Source of the DNA: Malacoraja senta
Lineage: Eukaryota
Length of the DNA: 64,000 bases
NCBI GenBank assembly: GCA_038087875.1
Contig: JAXLNO010002078.1
Span: 1-64,000, forward strand
Direction: 5' to 3'
A program made the translations under genes and the position numbers. Under the pieces are notes generated by a model, which saw only the letters and a program-made list of their open reading frames with translations, was not told where the DNA came from and did not search any database. Every line of letters begins with the position of its first letter. Positions within the stretch are counted from its first letter, which is position 1. Of the stretch, positions 11,439-24,528 are shown piece after piece.

Positions 11439-13793
11439 TTTTTTTTTTTTTTTAAGATATTTTTTATTGGAGGTAGATACATATCATATTAAAATCGATA
11501 CCAGTCTTACATTTTTAAATTACAAATATTGTCCATTATTATTACAATGTCTCCAATACTTTTTTCCTTTTTTTTTTAAACTAAATAGAACTAAAAAGAT
11601 ATAGATGAAATAAAGAAAGAAAGAGAGAAAAGAGGAGAAACAAGAAAAAAAACCCCACAAAAAAACCAACCAAAAACAAAACAAAAACAAAAAAAAAAAA
11701 AAAAGATAATAAAGAAGAATGGAATAATTTACTACGATAAAAAACTTCATTCGAGATATATTCGTACATTTCAGAGTATAACCTTTCATCTATTCCTTGG
11801 CACGGGTGTTAGTCAGGTTCCTGTGCTGAACCATTCTGACCCTTTAAATAGTCAATAAAGGGAGACCATGTTCCGACGAATAGTTCCTGTTTGTCCAACA
11901 GGACAAGTCTAATTCTTTCCAAGTGTAAGGTCTCCGTCATTTCTATAATCCACATTTTAATTGTGGGGGTTATAGGGCCTTTCCAAAATTTTAGAATTAA
12001 TTTTTTCCCAGTTATTATGCTATAATCAATAAAGTTTCTTTGAGTTGTTGTAAATGTTTGATTTAGTTCTAATGTTCCAAGTATTATCAATTTTGGATCC
12101 GGGTCCAATTGAATGCTAGTCACTTTAGATATTATTGTGAAAATATTTACCCAGAAATTTTTAATTTTTATGCAATTTGCAAACATATGAGATAAGTTAG
12201 CTTCTAAATGTTGACATTTATCACATATTGGTGAGATATGTGGGAAGATTTTATTTAATTTTGTTTTAGAATAATGTAACCTATGTATTACTTTGAATTG
12301 TATTAGAGAATGTCTGGCATTTAATGAACATTGATGTATGTGTTGTAAACTTTCTTCCCAAGTATCTTTCGTTATTATTTGATTTAGTTCTTTTTCCCAA
12401 GTTTGTCTGTGTAAGTCCGTCAATGGGATATCGCTGTCTAATAAAATATTATATATATAAGATATTAGTTTTTCTGTATTAGGATGTTTATTCCAACAGT
12501 CGTCAAAAATTTCTGAATTTCTAATTCTAAAATTTAGAGTATTTGCTTTTACGTAATCTCTAAGTTGGAGATATCTGAAAAAATCATTTACTTGAAGTCC
12601 ATAAATCTGTTGCAACTCCTGAAATGAAAGAAACGTGCCTTCCTTATAAAGGTGTCCCATCTTTTTAATTCCATAGTTTTTCCATTGTGTGAAACCTTTG
12701 TCCAACCATGAGGGCTTAAACAAAGGGTTATTCGCAATTGGAAGAAAAAGTGATAAATTATCTAGTTTTAATGTCTTTTTTAATTGTTTCCAAATTCGCA
12801 TAGTACTATATATTATCGGATTTTCCCTATAAATGTTTTTATTTAATTTAGAAGTAGCAAATAGTATCGAGCCGATTTCAAAAGGTGAGCAATCTTCCTT
12901 TTCCATTTTTAACCAATCTGGTTGTTGATCTATTTCTTCCAACCAAAAATTCATATTTTTAATGTTAACTGCCCAAAAATAAAACAAAAAGTTTGGTAAA
13001 ACCAAACCTCCATTTATTTTTGATTTGCACAGATGTTTTTTGCTTATCCTATGATTCTTATAATCCCAGATAAAGTCACTGACAATGGAATCTAACTTTT
13101 TAAAAAAGTTTTTTGACAGATATATCGGAATTGTTTGAAAAAGGTATAATATTTGCGGTAAGAAAATCATTTTTATGGCATTAATTTTGCCAACCATTGA
13201 AATAGGGAGTGTTTTCCAATACTGAATATTCTTATGTAGTTTATTCAGTAATGGGGGAAAGTTTGCTTTAAATAATGATGTATATATCTTAGTAACATAA
13301 ATGCCTAGGTATTTAAATTTTTCATTTACTATTTTAAATGGAAATTGTTGTATTATATGTTTATTATGTTCCCTTATTGGCATAATTTCACTTTTATTCC
13401 AATTTATTCTGTATCCTGAGAGTGAACCAAATTGGGTTATTAGCTTTAATACATTTGGAATACTAATTTCTGGTTTTGTAATGTAAATTAATACATCATC
13501 TGCGTATAAAGAAATTTTATTCACTGTATCCTTTGTGTTATACCCATATATTTCCGGATGGGTCCTGACTCTTTCTGCGAGTGGCTCTATAACAAGCGCA
13601 AATAATAATGGAGACAACGGGCATCCTTGTCTACACCCTCTAGATAGGTTAAATTTAGATGATAACCTTTGGTTTGTTAATATTCTAGCCGTAGGGTTTG
13701 TATATAACAGTTTTATCCATGCACAAAATTTCTCGCCCAGCTGCAATTTTTCCATCACCGAAAATAAATAGGGCCATTCCACCTGAATGAGGT
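11439..13793 (-). mobile_element. 5'-truncated L1 (family A-like) nested in the L1-B 3'UTR, with an uninterrupted 657-aa ORF2 C-terminal portion (11809-13782)
   Basis: ~20-bp TSD CAAAAT(G/A)TGCTATATAAAAA (11413-11432 / 13794-13813) and a T-run tail at 11439-11453. ORF contains GCRQGCPLSPLLF, YADD and CDKC..HMFANC. Confidence 0.92.
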
Positions 13794-13910
13794 CAAAATA
13801 TGCTATATAAAAATTTAAAAATATATATATATATCTAAATAAACAATTGTAGGGAGGGGGGGATTAAGGGGAAAGCAGCTGCTGTAGAACAAAACGATGA
13901 TGGAGAACAC

Positions 13911-16900
13911 TCAGTCCTCTTCCGAGTCCGGGGACAAGGTAAGAGAGTTAACCAGTTCAAAGAAAGGGTTCCATGTATCTAGGAATGTCTTGGTAGAGCC
14001 TTTGAGAGAGAACCTACGTTTTTCAAGTTTCAGATTGTAAATCACCTCCTTAATCCAACGGGCGTGTGTCGGGGGACAGGTAAGCCTCCAACTAAGCAAG
14101 ATCAGTCTCCAGGCTAACAAGGTTGTAAAAGCTAGGACCCCGTTTCACCGCAACAGAGAGGTTAGTATTGGGAGGGGTACCGAAAATAGCTGACATTGGA
14201 TTTGGAAGAATAGTCTGGTCGTAAGCTCTGCTTATCAATTCAAAAGCACTCCTCCAAAAGGCTGCTAGCTTAGGGCAAGACCAAAACATGTGGCTATGGT
14301 TGGCAGGAGATTGACTACATCTGTTACAGGTGTCATTAACAGCTGGGTACATTCTAGCTAATCTTGCATTTGTGTAGTGGACTTTGTAAAGGACTTTGCA
14401 TTGGATTAGGCCATGACGAGCGCATATGGAAGAAGAGTGGATCAAATCCAAGGCAGAGTCCCATTGCTGGTCTGTTAATTTCGTATTCAGCTCTCCCTCC
14501 CACGCAGCTTTTAATGAGGTATGAGGTTTCAATAAAACCGACCCTACCAAATTATACAAAATAGAGATGCATTTCTTCCGATTGGGGTCTAAAGCTAAGA
14601 TGATATCAGTCAGGGTTTCAGGAGGGCGATTTGGGAAGTAGGGAAATGTCTTCTTCACAAAATCCCTAATCTGGAAAAACCGAAAAAGGTGGTAGTTTGG
14701 GAGGTTGTAGTTAGACCAGAGCTCCACGAAAGATGAGAAGATGCCATCCTTATATAGGTTTTTAATACTACTGATGCCATTGCTATGCCAGGTTTTAAAT
14801 GCGTGGTCTATACTTGAAGGTTTAAAAATGTGATTTTTAAGCAGTGGGGTCAAGATGGAAGGACCCTGTAAACCGAGGTTTTTCCTAAATTGACTCCATA
14901 TCTTGAGCGAAAGGGACACAATTGGGCCTGCACCCACAGATGTTATAGAAAGGGGGAGTTGGGAGCATAGGACAGACCGCAACGGGAGACGTGAACTCGC
15001 CTTTTCCATATAAAGCCAGATCGGTGGGTGCTCGCAATCATCATTCATCCAATACAGGAGTTTTTGCAAGTTAGCTGCCCAGTAGTATTGCCTAAAATCA
15101 GGGAGGGCCAAACCGCCATCACTCTTAGGCGACTGCAGTATCGCCTTTCGGATTCTGACCGGTTTGCTACCCCATAAGAATTTAGATATTGTCCTTTCTA
15201 AGTTGTCAAAAAAAGATTTGGTGATAAGTATGGGGACATGCTGGAAAAGATACAGGAATTTGGGTAGGACAACCATCTTAACCAGATTTATCCGGCCCAC
15301 GAGGGATAGCGGTAAGACTGACCAGCGATCAAAATCTTTTCGGCTTTCTCAACCAGAGGCAAAAAGTTTGTGCGGAACATATCAGATAAGGGTATTGTGA
15401 TAAAAAACGGCGAGATAGCGAAACCCATCCTCTGCCCTTTTGAATGAGGTTAAAGAGCGAGGGAGCTGCTTAGCCGGTAAGTTAATCGGTAATAGCTCAC
15501 TCTTTTGGTAGTTAAGTTTATAACCAGAATATGCACCAAACCGTTCTAAAATATTCATAATCACAGGGAGAGAACTGACTGGGTTCGAGCAGGTCATCCG
15601 CATACAATGAGACTTTATGAGTTGTGTCAAACCGTGTAATACCTTTAAAGCCCTTCTCTGCGCGTAACCAGACCGCCAGGGGTTCTATCGCGACATTAAA
15701 CAAGAGTGGAGATAGTGGTACCTGTCTGGTACCTCTCTGAAGTGTGAAGTGGGGCGACAGTATGTCGTTTGTTTGTACTGAGGCCACCGGGGACGAATAT
15801 AATAGGCTCACCCAGAGAATAAAACTGTTTCCGAGGCCAAACCTATCCATCGCCTCATATAGGTACCTCCACTCGACCCTGTCGAAGGCCTTTTCGGCAT
15901 CGAGGGAGACCACCATCTCCGGGGTCTCATTACTCGAAGAGTGAATGATGTTAAGGAGACGCCTAGTATTATGGGAAGACTGTCGGCCAGGTACAAACCC
16001 TGTTTGATCCAACGAGATAATAGAGGGCATCACTCGTTGAAGACGAAGCGCAAGGGCTTTAGAAAGGATTTTGAGGTCCACATTCAGTAGTGAGATTGGT
16101 CTATAGCTACTACAAAGCAGGGGATCTTTCTCCTTTTTAAGAATTAGGGAGATGGTAGCCCACGACAAGGTGGGCGGTAGGCGACGATGTAAAAACGCCT
16201 CATTGTACATATCTCTCGGGACTGGTGCGAGGAGGTCAGAGAAAGCTTTGTAAAATTCTACAGAGAAGCCGTCAGGGCCGGGTGACTTTCCGCTTTGCAA
16301 CGATGTGATGGCTGCTTGGACCTCAGCTACAGTTATGGGACCACCCAAGTCTCTCATGGCTTCTTCGTCAATTCGGGGAAGCGTCATACTGCCGAACATG
16401 TCACCTGCAGTGGGCGGACAGTCGGAAGTGTATAGTTCAGTGTAGAATTTAGCAAATGCTTCATTAATTCTGCGAGGATCAGTATGAGTCTCCCCTGAGC
16501 TGGATCTAATGGCTGGAATTAGCCGTGAAGTCGCCTCTGTTCTGTCCTGATGGGCCAAAAGCTTTTCAGCTTTATCCCCAGATTCAAAAAAGTGTTGCCT
16601 AGATTTAAGCAGTCGTAGATTGGCTTTATTAATGGATATGAGGTCAAAGTCTGTTTGTAGCCTAAGGCGTTCTCTATAGAGATTAGGGTTTGGGTCAGAT
16701 GCATATTTGTCATCAATGTCCTTTATTTTTTGTAACAGATCTGCCGTTTGGAACGTCTCGGTTCTTTTCAGGTTGGAGATAAAGGAAATGAGTTGGCCCC
16801 TAATATAGGCTTTTGAAGCTTCCCAAAGTATACCTCTTTCTATGTCCGGCGAGTCATTCAGCTCAAAATATAGGGTGATTTGGGAGTGCAAGAATTGCAT

Positions 16901-17677
16901 GTATTGAGCCTCTGCTAATAATGAGGAGTTGAACCTCCACTTAAAGGGGTTAGTTCGTTTACGAAAATGAAGATCAAGGGAGGTCGCAGCATGATCTGAT
17001 ATAACGATGCTATGGTACTCACTAGATTTGATTTTGGAAAGCAATCTATTATCTAAGAGAAAGAAGTCTATACGGGTAAACGTACGATGTACGTGGGAGA
17101 AAAATGAAAATAATTTAGTCGTGGGGAATATAAATCTCCATGGATCTGTAAGCCCCAGTTGTTTGGCAAGAACATGCACAGTCTTACCGGATTTAGTTAA
17201 AGTAGAGGCTTTATTCGAAGATCTATCCAGTATAGGATCTTGGACCAGATTAAAGTCTCCACCCACAATGACATGGTGATTTTCAATATTTGGGAGAGAT
17301 GTAAAAAATTTAGTTATAAATGAGCTGTCATCCCAGTTGGGTCCATAAATGCTTGCCAATATGACAGGTGTGTCTTGCAATTTGCCCGACACCATGACAA
17401 AGCGACCAGCAGGGTCTTCCACAGTTTTCTGTGGTTCGAACTTAATGTTCTTATGAATCAGGATAGCCCTATTATTACATTTCGAGTGAAATAGTTGACT
17501 AATCCAGCCTCTCTTAAGCCGTGTTACCTCTCTGTTGCGAAGGTGGGTCTCTTGGATGAAGAATATATCACCTTTGAGCTGTTGCAAATGGGCCAAGATC
17601 CTATCAGTTTTGGTAGGACTTCCCGTCCCTCTCACATTCCACGAGACAAATCTAAGAGTATCGTTTGTGTTGGCCAT
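13911..17677 (-). pseudogene. L1-B ORF2 (APE endonuclease + RT + C-terminal Cys domain), frameshifted
   Basis: 15518..17677 (SWNVRG, QETH, GGDFN, SDHA, LDAEKAFDRVEW, GTRQ, YADD); continuation in 15382..15630, 14092..15300 (CNRC..HMFWSC) and 13911..14120. Confidence 0.93.
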
Positions 17678-17747
17678 ATTTAGCTATATGGGTAATGCGC
17701 TGTAGTTCTGCAAAACGAGACGGAAGAGCGCATCGAAGCCAGCTGCC

Positions 17748-17952
17748 NNNNNNNNNNNNNNNNNNNNNNNNNNNNNNNNNNNNNNNNNNNNNNNNNNNNN
17801 NNNNNNNNNNNNNNNNNNNNNNNNNNNNNNNNNNNNNNNNNNNNNNNNNNNNNNNNNNNNNNNNNNNNNNNNNNNNNNNNNNNNNNNNNNNNNNNNNNNN
17901 NNNNNNNNNNNNNNNNNNNNNNNNNNNNNNNNNNNNNNNNNNNNNNNNNNNN
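17748..17952. other. Assembly gap (205 N)
   Basis: Run of N in the sequence. Confidence 1.
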
Positions 17953-18989
17953 CACACACAGCAAACAAGTGGAACACATATCATTTAACCATCTTTCAAA
18001 CCTGAGACTCCAGACCTGAGATCCCCCATGTCTCAACTGAACCTTAAGTGCCCATTGCACCAAGGTGCGTTGTCCTCGCTTCCGCATGGAGATATCCAAT
18101 CTTAACTCCTTATATCACCGCTTCCCAAAGCGATGGTCACTCAGTGTCGATAAGATAACATGAAGTAAAATAAGTATAGTAATAGTAATAATGACGATGA
18201 TGATAAAAATTTGAAAAATAGAGAGTAGGAATAAAGTAAGATAAACATACATTGATAAATGCAAAGTTAAAATAATAACCATAATGGTTGCACTGCCAGT
18301 ACCATTGCTAACACTAATAGTAATAATAGCAATGATGATAGTCACAATAAGACAAAGCATATTAACAAAATGGTGATAGTAAATAAACCGGCTAACGTGT
18401 AAGTGGATCCGGAATAACTTCCTTTGGTGTTACATAGTATGTCTTAAAATCGACAAAGTATAAAGAGAGAGTTGGCGTTGGAAAGGTTAGCAAATTACAA
18501 ACTGGGCTGTTGGATTAAAGCACAGCGCTAAAGGCATCAATTATGTTTTGTTAAACAAAAAAGGTATAAGATAAGATTTATATAACGCCGCCCTGGCTGT
18601 AATGAGCTCTTATCAGCCCCAGACAGTTCGTTATGAAGATTAGTATAAGCAAACTAGCCAGGTGCTGACAGCGTTAGCGGGCAGCTGTGAAGAACAGGAA
18701 GGCAGAGCCCAAATCACAAACCACAAAGTGGGTCCTTTGAGCCCAGTTTTATAGCATATGCTGGTGAGGGACCCCTCAAGTATGATTACACATAGACAAT
18801 ATAAGAAAAAGTTAGTATAAAATATTCGCAAATCCTGGTGATTTCTTACCAGCCACATACATTTTGAAACCGGGGTCTAGTATAATCAGCAATGCTGAAC
18901 GCTAACCATAGCTAGTTATTAGGAACAGTCAAGCTAAAGTTAGTCCATGTAACCATAGATTAACCGGGCCCCTGTGCCACTCGAATATA

Positions 18990-19597
18990 GACGTACTGAA
19001 CGAAGTCAGTCATCTGTGGGTCCCGGTCTGCGTCGATGGTAAGATGAGATGAAATCCTGAGCGTCCTCGGGAGATGTTAGTCGTCGCCTCTTTCCCTCCC
19101 CGGACACTATGGACGCAGATCACAACTGCTCTGGGTTTTTCACCAGGGCTTGGCTTGGCTGTTAGCGTACGGTGGGCTCGGTCTAGCTCCGGGGCTGATT
19201 CCAGTATGTGTTTGCCAAGAGTCTCGAGCAGAAGTTGAGAGAAAAACGCTGTTGTTTGGGAGCCCTCGATATTCTCGGGAAGACCCACTATCCTTATGTT
19301 ATTTCGGCGACTCCTGACTTCCAGGCCGATAAGCTTAGCCTTTAGCTTGGCGTTCTCTTCGGTCACCGTAGTTAACATTAACGTTATAGCTCGTGATAGC
19401 GGCAAGAGACTCTAATGACGAGAGACGGTGTTGGTGGTCTAACATAGTGGTCTGGATATTGTCCAGCTTCGTTTCCAATTTGGTAACGCAGTGTTGAATT
19501 CTGCCAGTAACAATACCTTATGTTCTGTTATCATGGCTGCTAGCGTGGCCGTCGGGTCTTCTGTCTTTTGCTCCGCTTTCTTTCCTTTGTTTGGCAT
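18990..19597 (-). pseudogene. L1-B ORF1 remnants
   Basis: ORFs 19010..19405 (LEVRSRRNNIRIVGLPE..LDRAHR..PRAVVI) and 19439..19624; internally deleted. Confidence 0.85.
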
Positions 19598-20510
19598 CTT
19601 TACAACGTAGAGAGGTACTGACAATGATGTTTAAATGTTTGTGGGTGGTTAAAAAACTTAGACTGAGCTGTAATAAAAGTTGGAGGTGAAAAGGTCGGGA
19701 GCGTGGAAAAGTGCGACTACTCCAACATGTCGCCCCCACCGGAAGTCTCTTTCACCTTTTTTACTTTATACCATATTATAATTTTAATTTTGAACGGAAT
19801 TATAAGCTTACAGACACTGTATATGTATGCTTTTACTCAACAGAAACTGCCAGAAACTTTAAACGAATCTACAATAACACTTGTACCAAAAACAGATAAG
19901 GAACTTGAAGGCATAGGTTCATATAGAGCAATAGCTCTCTTAAATACTGATCAGAAAATATTAACTAAAATTCTAGCACATAGATTAAGTTTAGTGATTA
20001 ATAAATTAGTACACCCCGACCAAACAGGTTTTATTCCAAAACGATACTCATCTTATAATTTGAGACGATTATTCAATATTATATATTCAAATAGAATTGC
20101 TAATGTAGACCTAGTAATCATTTCGTTAGATGCTGAAAAAGCATTTGATCAGGTGGAATGGCCCTATCTATTTTCGGTGATGGAAAATTTTCAACTGGGC
20201 GAGAAGTACTGCACACTCTTATATACTAACCCAACAGCTAGAAAATTAACAAACCAAATGTTATCAACTAAATTTAACTTATCTAGAGGTTGTAGACAAG
20301 GATGCCCGCTATCTCCGTTATTATTCGCTCTCGCTATTGAACCATTAGCAGAAAGTGTTAGAGCCCATCCAGAAATATACGGGTATAATACCAAAGACAC
20401 AGTGAATAAAATGTCTTTATATGCAGATGATGTATTAATATACATTAGAAACCCAGAAACTAGCATTCCAAACCTATCCAAACAGGGCAGTTTACTGTTC
20501 TGGATGTCAG

Positions 20511-21410
20511 ATGTGGGAAGTCATGGAGTCTGATAGCCCTCCAGACGTCCACATCTGCGCCAGGTGTATCGAGATGGGGCTCCTAATGGACCGTATTAGG
20601 AACCTGGAGCAGCAGCTCGATGACCTCCGTCTGGTCAGGGAGAGCGAGGAAGTCATTGAGAGGAGTTACAGGGATGTGGTCACTCCAACACCACAGGAGG
20701 CAGGCAAGTGGATCACGGTTGGGAGAGGCAAGGGGCACAGGCAGGGACTAGAGAGTACCCCGGTGGCTGTACACCTTGACAATAAGTACTCCTGTTTGAG
20801 CACTGTTGGGGTGGACAGCCTACGTGGGGGTAGCGACAGCGGCCGGGCCTCCGGTATAGAGACTGGTCCTGTTGCTCAGAAGGGTAAGGAAAAGAAGAGG
20901 AGGGCAATATTAATAGGGGACTCTATAGTTAGGGGGTCAGACAGGCGATTCTGTGGACGCAGTCGGGAGACCCGGATGGTAGTTTGCCTCCCTGGTGCCA
21001 GGGTCTGTGATGTGTCTCAACGTGTCCAAGACATCCTGAAAGGGCAGGGAGAGGAGCCCGAGGTCGTGATACATATAGGTACCAATGACATAGGTAAAAA
21101 AAGAGAAGAGGTCCTGAAAGGAGAATTTAGGGAGTTAGGAGGGGAGTTAAAGAGAAGGACAGCAAAGGTAACAATCTCGGGATTACTGCCTGTGCCACGC
21201 GACAGTGAGAGTAGGAATGGAGCGAGGTGGAGGATAAATGCGTGGCTGAAGGACTGGTGCAGAAGGCAGGGATTCAAATTTCTGGATCATTGGGACCTCT
21301 TTTGTGGAAGGTTCGACCTGTACAAAAAGGATGGGTTGCACTTGAACCTGAGGGGGACCGATATCCTGGCAGGGAGATCTGCAAAGGCTACTGGGGAGAC
21401 TTTAAACTAG
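20511..21410 (+). CDS. CR1 ORF1p: zinc-finger/leucine-zipper remnant + SGNH esterase domain
   Basis: HICARC..LEQQLDDL; GDSIVR, CLPGARV, HIGTND and DGLHLN motifs (GDSL/SGNH blocks known in CR1 ORF1). Confidence 0.9.
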   Translation: MWEVMESDSPPDVHICARCIEMGLLMDRIRNLEQQLDDLRLVRESEEVIERSYRDVVTPTPQEAGKWITVGRGKGHRQGLESTPVAVHLDNKYSCLSTVGVDSLRGGSDSGRASGIETGPVAQKGKEKKRRAILIGDSIVRGSDRRFCGRSRETRMVVCLPGARVCDVSQRVQDILKGQGEEPEVVIHIGTNDIGKKREEVLKGEFRELGGELKRRTAKVTISGLLPVPRDSESRNGARWRINAWLKDWCRRQGFKFLDHWDLFCGRFDLYKKDGLHLNLRGTDILAGRSAKATGETLN

Positions 21411-21563
21411 AATGGTTGGGGGGAGGGACTCAAATAGAGAATGCTATTAGACAGTGTGTGAGGCAGGAGGCAGAGAAGGAAAGCACTCAGACCCAACATG
21501 TAGGGGGGGGAAGAAGAAAACAATAATAAACAGAGAATAAGAGGTGGTGGGGTTCTTAAATGG

Positions 21564-24528
21564 GTGAGCAGAGAAACAGAGGGGTGTAAAATGCGGGCGG
21601 AAGCAATAGGTAGCAAGGTGAAAAGTAAAAGTGGCAGGCAGACAAATCCAGGGCAAAAATCAAAAAGAGCCACTTTTCAACATAATTGTATAAGGGGTAA
21701 GAGCGTTGTAAAAACAAGCCTGAAGGCTTTGTGTCTCAATGCAAGGAGCATTCGTAATAAGGTGGATGAGTTGAACGTGCAGATAGCAATTAATGATTAT
21801 GATATAGTTGGGATCACGGAGACATGGCTCCAGGGTGACCAAGGCTGTGAGCTGAACATGCAGGGATATTCAATATTCAGGAGGGATAGAGAGAAAGGAA
21901 AAGGAGGTGGGGTAGCGTTGCTGGTTAGAGAGGAGATTAACGCAGTGGAAAGGAAGGACATTAGCTTGGAGGATGTGGAATCGGTATGGGTAGAGCTGCG
22001 AAACACTAAGGGGCAGAAAACGCTGGTGGGTGTTGTGTACAGGCCACCTAGCAGTAGTAGTGAAGTTGGGGATGGCATCAAACAGGAAATTAGAAATGCG
22101 TGCAACAAAGGCAAAACAGTTATAATGGGTGACTTCAATCTACATATAGATTGGGTGAATCAAATTGGCAGGGGTGCTGAGGAAGAGGATTTCTTGGAAT
22201 GTATGAGGGATAGTTATCTAAACCAACATGTAGAGGAACCAATGAGAGAGCAGGCTATTCTAGACTGGGTATTGAGTAATGAGGAAGGGTTAGTTAGCAG
22301 ACTTGTTGTGCGTGCTCCCTTGGGCAAGAGTGACCATAATATGGTTGAGTTCTTCATTAGGATGGAGAGTGAGATTGTTAATTCAGAAACAACGGTTCTG
22401 AACTTAAAGAAAGGTAACTTTGAGGGTATGAGACGTGAATTGGCCAAGATTGACTGGCAATTAGTTCTAAAAGGGTTGACGGTGGATATGCAATGGAAGG
22501 CATTTAAAGACTGCATGGATGAACTACAAAAATTGTTCATCCCAGTTTGGCAAAAGAATAAATCAGGGAAGGTAGTGCATCCGTGGATAACAAGGGAAAT
22601 CAGGGATAGTATCAAAGCAAAAGATGATGCGTACAAATTAGCCAGAAAAAGCAGCATACCAGAGGACTGGGAGAAATTCAGAGACCAGCAGAGGAGGACA
22701 AAGGGCTTAATTAGGAAAGGGAAAATAGATTATGAAAGGAAACTGGCAGGGAACATAAAAACTGACTGCAAAAGTTTTTATAGATATGTGAAGAGAAAGA
22801 GATTAGTTAAAACAAATGTAGGTCCCTTGCAGTCAGAAACAGGTGAATTGATCATGGGGAACAAGGATATGGCAGACCAATTGAATTAACTACTTTGGTT
22901 CCGTCTTCACTAAGGAAGACATAAATAATCTGCCGGAAATAGCAGGGGGCCGCAGGTCAAAGGAGATGGAGGAACTGAGTGAAATCCAGGTTAGTCGGGA
23001 AGTGGTGTTGGGTAAATTGAATGGATTAAAGGCCGATAAATCACCAGGGCCAGATAGGCTGCATCCCAGAGTACTTAAGGAAGTAGCTCCAGACATAGTG
23101 GATGCATTAGTGCTAATTTTTCAAAACTCTTTAGATTCTGGAGTAGTTCCTGAGGATTGGAGGGTAGCAAACGTAACCCCACTTTTTAAGAAGGGAGGGA
23201 GAGAGAAAACGGGGAATTACAGACCAGTTAGTCTAACATCGGTAGTGGGGAAACTGCTAGAGTCAGTTATTAAAGATGGGATAGCAGCACATTTGGAAAG
23301 TGGTGAAATCATTGGACAAAGTCAGCATGGATTTACGAAAGGTAAATCGTGTCTGACGAATCTTATAGAATTTTTCGAGGATGTAACTAGTAGAGTGGAT
23401 AGGGGAGAACCAGTGGATGTGTTGTATCTGGACTTTCAGAAGGCTTTCGACAAGGTACCACATAAGAGATTAGGATACAAACTTAAATCACACGGTATTG
23501 GGGGTTCAGTATTGATGTGGATAGAGAACTGGCTGGCAAACAGGAAGCAAAGAGTAGGAGTAAACGGGTCCTTTTCACAATGGCAGGCAGTGACTAGTCG
23601 GGTACCGCAAGGCTCAGTGCTGGGACCCCAGCTATTTACAATTTATATTAATGATCTGGACGAGGGAATTGAAAGCAACATCTCCAAGTTTGCGGATGAC
23701 ACTAAGCTGGGGGGCAGTGTTAGCTGTGAGGAGGATGCTAGGAGACTGCAAGGTGACTTGGATAGGCTGGGTGAGTGGGCAAATGTTTGGCAGATGCAGT
23801 ATAATGTGGATAAATGTGAGGTTATCTACTTTGGTGGCAAGAACGGGAAGACAGACTATTATCTAAATGGTGGCCGATTAGGAAATGGGGAGATGCAGCG
23901 AGACCTGGGTGTCATGGTACACCAGTCATTGAAAGTAGGCATGCAGGTGCAGCAGGCAGTGAAGAAAGCGAATGGTATGTTGGCCTTCATAGCAAGAGGA
24001 TTTGAGTATAGGAGCAGGGAGGTTCTACTGCAGTTGTACAGGGTCTTGGTGAGACCACACCTGGAGTATTGCGTACAGTTTTGGTCTCCAAATCTGAGGA
24101 AGGACATTATAGCCATAGAGGGAGTGCAGAGAAGGTTCACCAGACTGATTCCTGGGATGTCAGGACTTTCATATGAAGAAAGACTGGATAGACTTGGCTT
24201 ATACTCGCTAGAATTTAGGAGATTGAGAGGGGATCTTATAGAAACGTACAAAATTCTTATGGGGTTGGACAGGCTAGATGCAGGAAGATTGTTGCCGATG
24301 TTGGGGAAGTCCAGGACAAGGGGTCACAGCTTAAGGATAAGGGGGAAATCCTTTAAGACCGAGATGAGGAAAAACTTTTTCACACAGAGAGTGGTGAATC
24401 TCTGGAACTCTCTGCCACAGAGGGTAGTTGAGGCCAGTTCATTGGCTATATTTAAGAGGGAGTTAGATGTGGCCCTTGTGGCTAAGGGGATCAGGGGGTA
24501 TGGAGAGAAGGCCGGTACGGGATACTGA
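21564..24528 (+). pseudogene. CR1 ORF2p (APE + RT) with a single frameshift near 22886
   Basis: LNARSIRNK, GITETW, MGDFN, SDHN; DFQKAFDKVPH, QGSVLGP, FADD. Confidence 0.93.

Larger units (their letters stand above)
11194..19747 (-). mobile_element. Full-length L1 (family B), nested in L1-A
   Basis: 14-bp TSD TCTTTCACCTTTTT (11180-11193 / 19748-19761) and 5' end GACTTCCGGTGG on the minus strand. Contains ORF1 remnants, a long inter-ORF region, ORF2 and 3'UTR. Confidence 0.9.

Noticed and set aside
17652-18099. ORFs spanning the N run
   Set aside because: Artefacts of the assembly gap.
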